Below, piece after piece: positions 29,756-38,643 of a stretch of 64,000 nucleotides of DNA (position 1 is the first letter of the stretch; every line of letters starts with the position of its first letter). This DNA comes from Burkholderiales bacterium (GTDB taxonomy: Bacteria > Pseudomonadota > Gammaproteobacteria > Burkholderiales > Burkholderiaceae_C). Both the position numbers and the translations under genes were made by a program. Below the pieces are notes generated by a model that did no database searches, was not told the origin of the DNA, and saw only the letters and a program-made list of their open reading frames with translations. Location of the stretch: assembly GCA_028868855.1 (NCBI GenBank), contig JAGWTR010000002.1, positions 388,030 through 452,029 on the forward strand, read 5' to 3'.

Positions 29756-30146
29756 ACTCACGACCGAAGCCCAGTTGCTGTGTGACTCGTCCGCGCTGGA
29801 AGAATGTGGAGACGCCGTGACCTTTGAAGTGTTGGAGTGGAGGCGGCCGGCATCGGCCTTTGCCCTGCGCTTTGATGGTGAGGTGGTGGCCTATCTGAAC
29901 CTGTGCGCGCACGTACCCTCCGAAATGGACTGGCAGCCGGGCAAATTCTGGGACCAGGACCGCCGCTTCATCATCTGTTCGGTGCATGGGGCTCTATACG
30001 ATCCACCCAACGGTCACTGCGTGAGCGGCCCCTGTGTGGGGAAACATCTCATCAAACTGACCGTGCAAGAGCGAGACCAGCAGGTGTATTGGTATCCTTC
30101 CGACCGTGTCCAGCCTGCTTTTTTAAGCGGCGGCCAACCACTTTGA
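29748..30146 (+). CDS. Rieske (2Fe-2S) domain protein
   Basis: 132 aa with CAH...CSVH (CxH-Nn-CxxH). It overlaps the HAD gene by 8 nt. Confidence 0.75.
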   Translation: MPELTTEAQLLCDSSALEECGDAVTFEVLEWRRPASAFALRFDGEVVAYLNLCAHVPSEMDWQPGKFWDQDRRFIICSVHGALYDPPNGHCVSGPCVGKHLIKLTVQERDQQVYWYPSDRVQPAFLSGGQPL

Positions 30147-30167
30147 CATTCTTCACGAGCATCCTTC

Positions 30168-31124
30168 ATGAGCGCAGTCGACCCATCGTCATCACCCGCC
30201 CCCGCAGCACAACAAGGTCTGTTGGAGGAGTTCGCGCGCGTCTACCTGCAGCAGCAACGCCGAGACCAGCGTTGGCGCTGGATCTGGCGGTTCGTCTGGC
30301 TGGCCGTTGCTGGCAGCATGATCTGGGCGACATTGCGCAGCCTGCCAACAACCGGTGCCCAGTCCTCGCCTCACACCGCCCTGGTGGAGGTGCGCGGTGA
30401 AATCGGGGCCGACACCAATGCCAACGCGGACAGCCTCACCACTGCTTTGCGCAGCGCCTTTGAAGACGAGGGCGCCAAGGCCGTGGTCCTGCGCTTGAAT
30501 TCCCCGGGAGGCAGTCCGGTCCAGGCGGGGCTGGTCAATGATGAAATTCGCCGCCTGAAAGCGCTGCACAAAAAGAAGGTCTACGCGGTGTGCGAAGAAA
30601 TGTGCGCCTCGGCCGCCTACTACATTGCCGTCGGCGCCGATCAGATCTATGTCGACAAGGCCTCCATGGTGGGCTCCATTGGCGTCTTGATGGACGGCTT
30701 TGGCTTTGTCGGGCTGATGGACAAAGTAGGCGTGGAGCGCCGACTGATGACCGCTGGCGCCAACAAGGGCATGCTTGATCCGTTTTCAGCCCGCAATCCT
30801 CAGCAAGAAGCGTATGCACAAGCCATGCTCGAACAGATCCGCCAGCAGTTCATCGCGGTGGTGCGTCAAGGCCGGGGCAATCGACTCAAGGAAACGGCTG
30901 ACACGTTCTCAGGACTATTCTGGAATGGTCAACAGGCCATCGAGCTCGGATTGGCCGACCACCTGGGCAGTTTGGATAGCCTGGCCCGAGATGTGGTCAA
31001 GGCGGAAGATATCGTTGACTACACGCTGAAGGAAAACCTCGCAGAGCGTCTGGCCAAGCGTTTTGGCGCAGCCTTTGGCGGCGGAGTGGTTCACGCCATG
31101 CGCAGTTCCGTGACCATCCAATAA
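30168..31124 (+). CDS. S49-family peptidase (SppA 36K type)
   Basis: 318 aa with an N-terminal TM helix, LNSPGGSPVQAG and MCASAAYYIA blocks. Confidence 0.8.
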   Translation: MSAVDPSSSPAPAAQQGLLEEFARVYLQQQRRDQRWRWIWRFVWLAVAGSMIWATLRSLPTTGAQSSPHTALVEVRGEIGADTNANADSLTTALRSAFEDEGAKAVVLRLNSPGGSPVQAGLVNDEIRRLKALHKKKVYAVCEEMCASAAYYIAVGADQIYVDKASMVGSIGVLMDGFGFVGLMDKVGVERRLMTAGANKGMLDPFSARNPQQEAYAQAMLEQIRQQFIAVVRQGRGNRLKETADTFSGLFWNGQQAIELGLADHLGSLDSLARDVVKAEDIVDYTLKENLAERLAKRFGAAFGGGVVHAMRSSVTIQ

Positions 31125-31173
31125 GCAGTCAAGTAGCCCCTGACGCATCGCCCAGTCCGTTTGTGGGCTTGGC

Positions 31174-32016
31174 TCAACTGTCGATTTCGGTGATTTTGCG
31201 TTGCGCGGACTCGTTGGACAAGGTCAGCAATTGGGCGACGTCGGCGATGTCATCGGGCAAAGCTGCCTCGGCGTGGCGGTCGTTCCATCCGTACTGCGTG
31301 TGGCGCGCAATGCGCACGGCCAGCATCACGGTGCGAACCTGAGGATGGTTTGCATGCCGATCATCCGTCATCTTGATCAGTAATGCGGGCAGGTGCCATG
31401 CCCCCATCAGCGCCTGGGCCAGATCGCCCAACTGAACGCCCAGCACGGACTCCTGAATCACAGCGGAGCGCAGGGTGTGATCGGCTTTTTGCTGCTGGGC
31501 GATCTGCAGTGCCAACTTGGGTGCGTGGCACCACAGCAGCATTTCTGCGAAGTCGTGCAGCAAGGCCGCTTCCTGAATCAACTCGGCGTCTTCATCCTGG
31601 CGGTGGATGGAGAAGTTGACTGCAAAGCGGGCGGCCCGGCGTGAGCGCTTGATGACGTTGAGCAACCCAGCAAGTGCCTCAGGGTAGCCGTGGAGCCAAT
31701 CCACCACGGAGGCCACCTGATTGAGGTGATCGAAGAATGGCCCGATGCCATGCATCAGGATGGCTGCGGTGAGTGTCTCGGGTGGGTTGATCTGGCGCCG
31801 AGCGCAGTCCATGGACACTCGTCTCAGAACCTTCAGAGTCATCAGGGGGTCGCCGCCCAGGTTCTGTGAAATCAGGCGGGCATCGACATTGCCATGCGCT
31901 TCTTCGATGACGCGCAGCTCCGACAACTCAGTCACGGTGCTGGGTAACACCGGAATGAGTGCTTCACTGAATGCGGTGATCCAGTCCTGGAGGTTTGGAA
32001 GATGCTCGTTGATCAT
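31174..32016 (-). CDS. HDOD domain signalling protein
   Basis: The HDOD-like sequence reads LPVLPSTVTELSEL...LISQNLGGDPLMTLKVLRRV...LLHDFAEMLLW. ATG 32016 is preferred; GTG 32031 is possible. Confidence 0.7.
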   Translation of the reverse strand: MINEHLPNLQDWITAFSEALIPVLPSTVTELSELRVIEEAHGNVDARLISQNLGGDPLMTLKVLRRVSMDCARRQINPPETLTAAILMHGIGPFFDHLNQVASVVDWLHGYPEALAGLLNVIKRSRRAARFAVNFSIHRQDEDAELIQEAALLHDFAEMLLWCHAPKLALQIAQQQKADHTLRSAVIQESVLGVQLGDLAQALMGAWHLPALLIKMTDDRHANHPQVRTVMLAVRIARHTQYGWNDRHAEAALPDDIADVAQLLTLSNESAQRKITEIDS

Positions 32017-32124
32017 GACCAACCTGCACACGAAATGATGCCGATGCCCATCTTATCGGCACTATTGCGATGTGTATCAAGGTGCGTGAGCGGAGGATGG
32101 GGTCACGCTCGATCATCTTTCATG

Positions 32125-32149
32125 AAAAAAGCCCTCGATTCACGAGGGC
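32125..32149 (-). terminator. rho-independent terminator of the 32188..32766 gene
   Basis: gccctcg (32131..32137) pairs with cgagggc (32143..32149). The A6 run at 32125..32130 gives a U-tract on the minus-strand RNA. Confidence 0.75.
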
Positions 32150-32187
32150 TTGAGCATTTGGATGCTTGACTCGACTATCGATCGGGC

Positions 32188-32766
32188 TTATTTGCCGCCC
32201 AGCAAGGAGTCCTTGAGATCGGAGTCGACAGGCTTGTTGCCTAGCCAAATGCGCAGCAAGGCCTGATAGAAATCGTCACCGCTGATCTCGCGGCCGGCGG
32301 ACTTGCCATCGACCAGCACGTGCGTGCCCGAACCAGGGACAAAATCCATGTGCAAGGCTGTACCCTTTTTGACAGTACCAAAGGTCAGCATCAGGCTTTT
32401 GAGTTCATCAAGCTTGCCTTGGAGTTTGATGACATCGGCTTCGCTGTTGTTGGCCTTGAAGCCTTTGATCATGGCATCTGCGAAATCCTCGCCAGAAAGG
32501 TCGCGCAGAAGGACGATTTGCACGCTTTTCGCGCCGGGTTGGGCGATCAGATTCGTGGCGTTGGCGTCTTTCTTTGTCACATACAGGCCAGCGGCATAGA
32601 CGTTCACGATGATTTTGACGCGCAAGCCGGCACCGTTGAGTTGTAGCGGTTGGTTCGCGACCTGATAAGTGTCGGCGAACTTGATGCCTTTGACTTCCAC
32701 TGCGGCCAAAGCAGGCAGGGCGACCAGGGCTGCGGTCAGCAGCAATGTACGAGCAATTGATTTCAT
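32188..32766 (-). CDS. secreted chalcone-isomerase-like family protein
   Basis: 192 aa with a signal peptide (MKSIARTLLLTAALVALPALAA). The segment LNGAGLRVKIIVNVYAAGLYV is typical of the bacterial chalcone-isomerase-like family. Confidence 0.55.
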   Translation of the reverse strand: MKSIARTLLLTAALVALPALAAVEVKGIKFADTYQVANQPLQLNGAGLRVKIIVNVYAAGLYVTKKDANATNLIAQPGAKSVQIVLLRDLSGEDFADAMIKGFKANNSEADVIKLQGKLDELKSLMLTFGTVKKGTALHMDFVPGSGTHVLVDGKSAGREISGDDFYQALLRIWLGNKPVDSDLKDSLLGGK

Positions 32767-32973
32767 GATTATCTTCCAACGTTTTGATGAACAGCAGCAT
32801 CGCCGCCGACCGATTCATCGCATGGTCGGCAGGCAAGCCGCAAGACTATGCCCGCTAAAAAACCGTGTGTCACGTGGGATCTGATGCAATGCTGCGACGC
32901 AGCAACGATTGTTACGTAGTCTTGCAGGCAGAATTACAGATTCCACAGCGACGCTCGGCCACGAGAAAAATGC

Positions 32974-33744
32974 ATGTCCTTTTTGGTCATCGATATTGGC
33001 AACACCCGCCTCAAGTGGGGTGTCTACGCCCAAGGGGTTCCCCACGCTGAACTGCTGGCGCATGGCGCTGTGGTGCTGGAGGACATTGATGACCTGTGGG
33101 TGCAGCATTGGCGAGCATTGCCGGCGCCTCTGTCCATGTTGGGCTGCGTGGTGGCGGGCGATGCCATCAAGCGTCGGGTCGAGGAGCAACTGGCCCATTG
33201 GTCTTTCAAGCCACGTTGGCTGGTGTCTTCCGCACAGGCCGCCGGTGTGATCAATGGTTACGAGCACCCCGCGCGCCTGGGTGCCGATCGATGGGCCGCG
33301 ATCATCGGGGCACGTCAGCGTGCTGTGCAGTTCAACCCGCAGTCTCCGCCTCCAGTGCTAGCCGTGATGGTGGGTACTGCCGTGACCGTGGATGCCGTGG
33401 ATGTGGAGGGGCGTTTTCTGGGGGGGTTGATCCTGCCGGGCTTTGGCTTGATGTACCGGGCCCTGGAAAGTGGCACTGCAGGCCTGAAGGTGCCCACCGG
33501 GGAGGTCAAGGATTTTCCCACTAATACCAGCGATGCGTTGATGAGTGGTGGCACCGATGCCATTGCCGGAGCGATTGAGCGCAGCCTGCGACGCTTGCGA
33601 CTGCACGAAGGCCGAGACCCTTTGCTGATCATGTCAGGTGGTGCCGTGTCGCGCTTGTCTCACGTCACCGAATTGGCAGTTCACGTGGTTGAAAATCTGA
33701 TCTTTGAAGGCTTGCTGGTACTCGCTGCCCAAAGGCCTGATTGA
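32974..33744 (+). CDS. coaX: type III pantothenate kinase
   Basis: 256 aa; [16 protein letters not shown] is the ASKHA phosphate-1 motif. Confidence 0.9.
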   Translation: MSFLVIDIGNTRLKWGVYAQGVPHAELLAHGAVVLEDIDDLWVQHWRALPAPLSMLGCVVAGDAIKRRVEEQLAHWSFKPRWLVSSAQAAGVINGYEHPARLGADRWAAIIGARQRAVQFNPQSPPPVLAVMVGTAVTVDAVDVEGRFLGGLILPGFGLMYRALESGTAGLKVPTGEVKDFPTNTSDALMSGGTDAIAGAIERSLRRLRLHEGRDPLLIMSGGAVSRLSHVTELAVHVVENLIFEGLLVLAAQRPD

Positions 33745-33801
33745 TGCCCTTGGTCTGATCCGATGGTGCGTTGATCGAGTCGGATGCCCTTATTGCGCTG
33801 C

Positions 33802-35598
33802 TCAGATCAGCTGCAATTTGACCTTGGCGTGTTCATTGATGCCCATGGCGCCAAAGAACAATGCCACAAGACGGTGAGGCTTGATGAAGGTGACCTCCCG
33901 ATCCTCGCTGCGGCGAGCCAGCACCCAATTGAGCAAGTCTCCAGCCGCGATGAAGTCGACACGCAGAAGATGGGAGCAGTCAATGTCCAGCGTGATGCTG
34001 GCGCCAAGTTGCCCATCCAGCTGCTGCAGGGTGCCGCTGATGTCGCCCACCAGTTGACCTGACAATTGCAGTGCGGCTACCTGCACGAGCGAGACGTCAT
34101 CGTGCAGTTGGGATTCGACAAAACTGGTGACCACGTCGCTCACGTGGGACAAGGTCATGGTGTGGGGTGTGGCGCCGTCACGCATCTGCCGCACCTTGCA
34201 TTGTGCAGGCTCCCAGGATGGTGGCGACAGCTCGTAAGTGATGCAGTAGTCAATAGCGACTTCGTCAAACTGGTCTGGACGGTTGCACAGTCGCAAAATA
34301 TCTAGACGCAACATCCAGTAAGCGGGGTCGGCGTCACGTGCACCTGTGGGGGTGTTGTCTGCCAGCACCAGGAGTAGCTGATCAATGCCAATCCAGAGAA
34401 TCTCCAGGGATTCTCGGGCCCAGGCTTTCATCAATTGACTGAGCTGTGCGGCGCCTTCTGGCACAACTTGCTGCACGCCGCTCCAGTCCATCGTCCAGGG
34501 ACGGGGCAGTTGAAGAATTTCATAGCGCAACTGGGCCACTGCGTCGGTGTCAAGCAGGCTGGGCGCAACCCACCCCTGTTGAGCATCACCGGCGCCCTCG
34601 GCCTGGTCGCTATTTTGGGTTGCCGTCTTGTTGTCAGTCGGTTTTGGTGCCTCTGACAAGGCTTGTTTTTCACGTTCGGCCACAAAGGTGGCAACCCGCT
34701 GAGGCAGGGAATACCAGTGCGGCGCTGAAAGGCCAAACTGGTGAGCGAAAGAAACGGCGAGTTGGTCGAATTTCTGGGATAAATCCAGCGCACGATATAG
34801 ATCGAACACAACCATCCAGGTCTCGGATTGCATGTGCCGTGAACCTGTAGGTGCGATCAGGCCAAGCAGGGTGCGTTCGCATTCGTCAAAGTCGGCATTG
34901 GCGAAGGCAATCACGGCCTCGTCCAGTTCCGGGTCATGCTCCATTTCGCAGACATCAACGCCCATGCCCATGGCAAAGTCTGTCGGAGTCAAGGGGGCGC
35001 CTGCCTTCACCTGGGGTGGCGTACCATCCTTGCGAGGTAGCCCGGTTCGTGCGGCATCAATCACGGCTTGGGAGATCACCACCGGCGGTGGATCGAACTC
35101 CAGCGGAGGCATGCTGCTATGACGATCCTTGGGGGACGTCGCTGCTGCGCTCAAGGCATTGGGCGCGGTGGCTACATAGGCCTCATTTGGATGGGCTGCG
35201 GGGGAGGCCGGCTGCCGTGCCGGCAGTGTTCCGGATGTGGCGGCGGGGCTGGACAGGGATCCGCCGACCATTTGCTGCTCAATGGCGTCGATCTTGGCTT
35301 TGACGGCCATGTCGGAGCGAGGTCCACTGATGTGAGGGCGTGACTCGTCAAGATTGGACAGAGCCAACGCGTAGTCCTGGCTGAAACCCTCGCGACGAAT
35401 CTTGCGCAGCATGTCGAGTTCGCGCTTGCGCACGAAGTCGTTGCGACGCTTGCGCTCAATCATGGCCTTGATCTCGGTCTTGGCGTATTCGCTTTCGGGC
35501 GAGTTGCCGGAAGGCGTGCCCAATTCTGCCCAATCCGTGGTGGGATTGGACACAAATCGAGCTACCTTGCGGAAAAAACCGCCGGATTCATTACTCAT
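33802..35598 (-). CDS. hypothetical protein with two STAS-like modules
   Basis: 598 aa. It has a basic/coiled N-terminus (KAMIERKRRNDFVRKRELDMLRKIRR), a low-complexity linker, and then a duplicated unit. The C-terminal 110 aa look STAS-like (LQLSGQLVGD...ITLDIDCSHLLRVDFIAAGDLLNW...VTFIKPHRLVALFFGAMGI). It lies 51 nt downstream of dksA with no terminator between. Confidence 0.6.
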   Translation of the reverse strand: MSNESGGFFRKVARFVSNPTTDWAELGTPSGNSPESEYAKTEIKAMIERKRRNDFVRKRELDMLRKIRREGFSQDYALALSNLDESRPHISGPRSDMAVKAKIDAIEQQMVGGSLSSPAATSGTLPARQPASPAAHPNEAYVATAPNALSAAATSPKDRHSSMPPLEFDPPPVVISQAVIDAARTGLPRKDGTPPQVKAGAPLTPTDFAMGMGVDVCEMEHDPELDEAVIAFANADFDECERTLLGLIAPTGSRHMQSETWMVVFDLYRALDLSQKFDQLAVSFAHQFGLSAPHWYSLPQRVATFVAEREKQALSEAPKPTDNKTATQNSDQAEGAGDAQQGWVAPSLLDTDAVAQLRYEILQLPRPWTMDWSGVQQVVPEGAAQLSQLMKAWARESLEILWIGIDQLLLVLADNTPTGARDADPAYWMLRLDILRLCNRPDQFDEVAIDYCITYELSPPSWEPAQCKVRQMRDGATPHTMTLSHVSDVVTSFVESQLHDDVSLVQVAALQLSGQLVGDISGTLQQLDGQLGASITLDIDCSHLLRVDFIAAGDLLNWVLARRSEDREVTFIKPHRLVALFFGAMGINEHAKVKLQLI

Positions 35599-35649
35599 GA
35601 TCGCGGGCCGAGAAGATAAGTCATGGCTTGTCTTGTGCGCTGCAGCAGA

Positions 35650-36468
35650 TTAGTCGCCGAACATTTTCTGCTTGAGTTCGCGGCGTTGTTGCGCTTCGAG
35701 TGACAAGGTGGCGGTTGGGCGGGCAATCAAACGACCTAATCCAATGGGTTCGCCGGTTTCGTCGCAATAACCGTATTCGCCAGACTCAATGCGGGTCAGC
35801 GCTTGCGAAATCTTCTTGAGCAATTTGCGTTCGCGGTCGCGGGTACGCAATTCCAGGGCGTGCTCTTCTTCAATGGTGGCGCGGTCCGCCGGGTCGGGCA
35901 CGATCGAGGTGTCTTCGCGCAGGTGTTCGGTGGTTTCGCCAGCGTTGGACAGCAGGTCGTCCTTCAGCACAGTCAGACGACCGCGGAAGAAGTCCAATTG
36001 TTTCTCGCTCATGTACTCGCTGTCGGGCATGGCCATCAATTCGGGCTCGGAAAGTTCCCGGCCGGATTTGGATTTCCATGCGTTGGCAAGTTTGCTGTCG
36101 ACCTTGATGGCAGTGATGGGCATATCTGGGGTACTGATTTTTGACGTTGAACGTCCTGGAGGTGCTGCTTTGACCAATACGGTAGCTTCGACCGCTTTGG
36201 GTAAAGCTTGAGGGCGCGCGGGTGGCGGCGCTTTGGTAGACGCCACGGTGCTGGGCTTTTTGGGGGCGTTTGTAACTTTTTTGACGGCGGGGGGGGTTGG
36301 GTGAGGAGGCGCCTTGATGACGGGTTTGGTCACCGCCTTACTGGTGGCTTTGGTCACAACGGTGCCTGCAGCAGTCTTGGGCGGGGCACTCTTGATCGCC
36401 GCCTTGACCGTTTTGGCTGGGGCAGTACTACTCGATTTGGTCGAGGGCTTGGCAGATGCTTTTGTCAC
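35650..36468 (-). CDS. dksA: RNA polymerase-binding protein DksA, Cys-depleted, with lysine-rich N-terminal extension
   Basis: The C-terminal core aligns with E. coli DksA (DPADRATIEEEHALELRTRDRERKLLKKI...GEYGYCDETGEPIGLGRLIARPTATLSLEAQ). GTG 36468 is preceded by AAGGAGG, 5 nt upstream. Confidence 0.85.
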   Translation of the reverse strand: MTKASAKPSTKSSSTAPAKTVKAAIKSAPPKTAAGTVVTKATSKAVTKPVIKAPPHPTPPAVKKVTNAPKKPSTVASTKAPPPARPQALPKAVEATVLVKAAPPGRSTSKISTPDMPITAIKVDSKLANAWKSKSGRELSEPELMAMPDSEYMSEKQLDFFRGRLTVLKDDLLSNAGETTEHLREDTSIVPDPADRATIEEEHALELRTRDRERKLLKKISQALTRIESGEYGYCDETGEPIGLGRLIARPTATLSLEAQQRRELKQKMFGD

Positions 36469-36593
36469 AGGTTCCTCCTTGGGGGATGCATGGCCGGTAC
36501 TGCTTCATCGCCTTGCTGGTGCGCCGCAGATGAATGAGGGCGCGCGGATTGTAGCGATGCTCTTAATGCAACTCCACCAAACTTTCCCGCAGC

Positions 36594-37622
36594 TCACGCT
36601 AAACATTGTTCCAGGCCTGCACGCAGCAGATCCTGGGGTAGGTCAATGCCAATGAAGACCATTTTGCTGGTCTTGTCTTCTCCGGGCGACCATTTGGGCC
36701 CGAGGTCACTGCCCATTAATTGGTGCACGCCTTGGAAAACCACCTTGCGGTCCATGCCCACCACATTGAGCACGCCTTTATAACGCAGCATGCGGGGACC
36801 GTATATTTGCACCATGGAGCCCAGGAAGTCTTCCAGCTTGGTCGCGTTGAAGGGGCGCGGGGACTTGAAGACGAACGACTTGACATCATCGTCATGCTTG
36901 TGATGATGCGGATGGTTGCAGTGTTCATCATGCTCATGCGCGTGATGATCGTGTGCATGCGCGTCGTCGTTCAGGAAGTCTGGATCAATCTCGAGCTTGG
37001 CATTGAGGTTGAACCCTCGCAGGTCAAACACTTCATTCAAGGGAATGTCGCCAAAGTGCACGCGTTTCTGAAGCGCACGTGGATTGATGTGCTTAAGACG
37101 GTGTCCGAGATCGTCTGCCTCGGCTTCGGTGACCAGGTCAGTCTTGCTGATGAAGATCTGGTCGGCAAAACCCGCTTGGCGCTGTGCTTCTTGGCGTTCG
37201 TCGAGTTGCTTCTGGCCGTGCTTGGCGTCGACCAGAGTGACGATGGCATCCAGCAGGTAGACCTCGGCGATTTCGTCATCCATGAAAAAGGTTTGTGCCA
37301 CGGGGCCAGGGTCGGCCAGTCCGGTCGTTTCGATCACGACGCGATCGAATTTCAAGGTGCCGGCGCGTTTTTTGGCCGCCAGATCAGTCAGTGTGGCTCG
37401 CAGATCTTCCCGAATAGTGCAGCAAATGCATCCATTGTTCATCTGGATGATCTGCTCGTTGGTGTCGGCCACCAAGATGTCGTTGTCGATGTTTTCTTCA
37501 CCGAATTCATTTTCGATGACGGCGATTTTCTGGCCGTGCGCTTCGGTCAGGACGCGTTTGAGCAGCGTGGTTTTTCCGCTGCCCAGGAAACCGGTAAGGA
37601 TGGTGACGGGTATCAGGCTCAT
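36594..37622 (-). CDS. COG0523 (CobW/ZigA-like) G3E-family GTPase metallochaperone
   Basis: 342 aa with Walker A ([11 protein letters not shown]), CxCC (GCICCT) and a His-rich stretch ([22 protein letters not shown]). Confidence 0.85.
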   Translation of the reverse strand: MSLIPVTILTGFLGSGKTTLLKRVLTEAHGQKIAVIENEFGEENIDNDILVADTNEQIIQMNNGCICCTIREDLRATLTDLAAKKRAGTLKFDRVVIETTGLADPGPVAQTFFMDDEIAEVYLLDAIVTLVDAKHGQKQLDERQEAQRQAGFADQIFISKTDLVTEAEADDLGHRLKHINPRALQKRVHFGDIPLNEVFDLRGFNLNAKLEIDPDFLNDDAHAHDHHAHEHDEHCNHPHHHKHDDDVKSFVFKSPRPFNATKLEDFLGSMVQIYGPRMLRYKGVLNVVGMDRKVVFQGVHQLMGSDLGPKWSPGEDKTSKMVFIGIDLPQDLLRAGLEQCLA

Positions 37623-37726
37623 CTTTGGGAGTGTAGCCCCGGAGATGGGTGTTGGCTCATGGAGGGTTGTTCAATTGCGACCGTCATCAGGTATTCTTGC
37701 AATATCCCAACCAAGACACCCCTGCC

Positions 37727-38641
37727 GTGTCCGAACCTTCCCCGAGTCGGCCCACCAGACCCGACAAGTCCGCACAGTCGCACACCTCCCGCGAGAATGC
37801 CCAAACACGGGATCACCGCAGCCTGTTTGTGCGCCTGATTGAATTCCTTTCGCCCGGCCCGGACTCCACCGATGAGTTGATGGAGTCCCTGGCGGATGCC
37901 GAGCAGCGCGAGTTGATCGAACCCGAGTCGCGGGTGATGCTCGAGGGCGTCATCCGCATGGCAGGGATGACGGCCGGCGATGTGATGGTGGCGGTCAAGC
38001 GCATGGATCTGCTGGACATCACTGCGCCCTACGATGATCTCCTGGGCCAGGTGATCAACACTGGTCATTCACGGTTCCCGGTATTTGATGGCACGCGGGA
38101 GAACATCATCGGCGTGTTGCTGGCCAAGGATTTGTTGAAACTTCAGCGGGCACCCGAGCTGAATTTGCGCACGTTGTTGCGACCGGTGGTGTTCGTGCCT
38201 GAATCGAAGGGGCTCAATGAGTTGCTGCGCGATTTTCGATCCAATCGAATCCACTTGGCCATCGTGATTGATGAGTTTGGCAAGACAGCCGGCCTGATTA
38301 CGATTGAGGATGTGCTCGAAGAAATCGTCGGCGAAATCGAAGACGAGTTCGATGTAGAGGAAAGCGATAACAGTATTTTTACACTGGCCGACGGTAGTCA
38401 GCGGGTCGCTGGCGATGCCGAAATTGGAGCAGTGAATTTGGTCTTTGGCACACAATTGCCTGACGATGAATTCGACACCATTGGCGGTTTGGTGGCCCAT
38501 GAATTGGGTCGGGTGCCCAGGCGTGGCGAGGCCGTGGAGGTGGGTAATTTGCGTTTTGCCGTGATGCTGGCGCGCGGCGGTGCCGTTCGTTGGTTCAAGG
38601 TGACCCGTGCATCGGATGCCGCCGAGATGAGCGAGTCCTGA
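37727..38641 (+). CDS. corC: CBS-pair/CorC_HlyC domain protein (CorC-type Mg/Co efflux accessory)
   Basis: It has a CBS pair (VMVAVKRMDLLDI..., HLAIVIDEFGKTAGLITIEDVLEEIVGEIEDE) and the C-terminal transporter-associated domain. GTG 37727 within ORF 37649..38641 is an approximate start. Confidence 0.85.
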   Translation: MSEPSPSRPTRPDKSAQSHTSRENAQTRDHRSLFVRLIEFLSPGPDSTDELMESLADAEQRELIEPESRVMLEGVIRMAGMTAGDVMVAVKRMDLLDITAPYDDLLGQVINTGHSRFPVFDGTRENIIGVLLAKDLLKLQRAPELNLRTLLRPVVFVPESKGLNELLRDFRSNRIHLAIVIDEFGKTAGLITIEDVLEEIVGEIEDEFDVEESDNSIFTLADGSQRVAGDAEIGAVNLVFGTQLPDDEFDTIGGLVAHELGRVPRRGEAVEVGNLRFAVMLARGGAVRWFKVTRASDAAEMSES

Positions 38642-38643
38642 GG

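Noticed and set aside
36469-37726. Looked for a Zur box or other metal-regulator palindrome in front of the COG0523 gene and dksA.
   Set aside because: No AT-rich inverted repeat of the Zur/Fur type is visible. The caattg- and ttgcaatat-containing stretches are not palindromic beyond 6 bp. Without a PWM scan I cannot claim a site.
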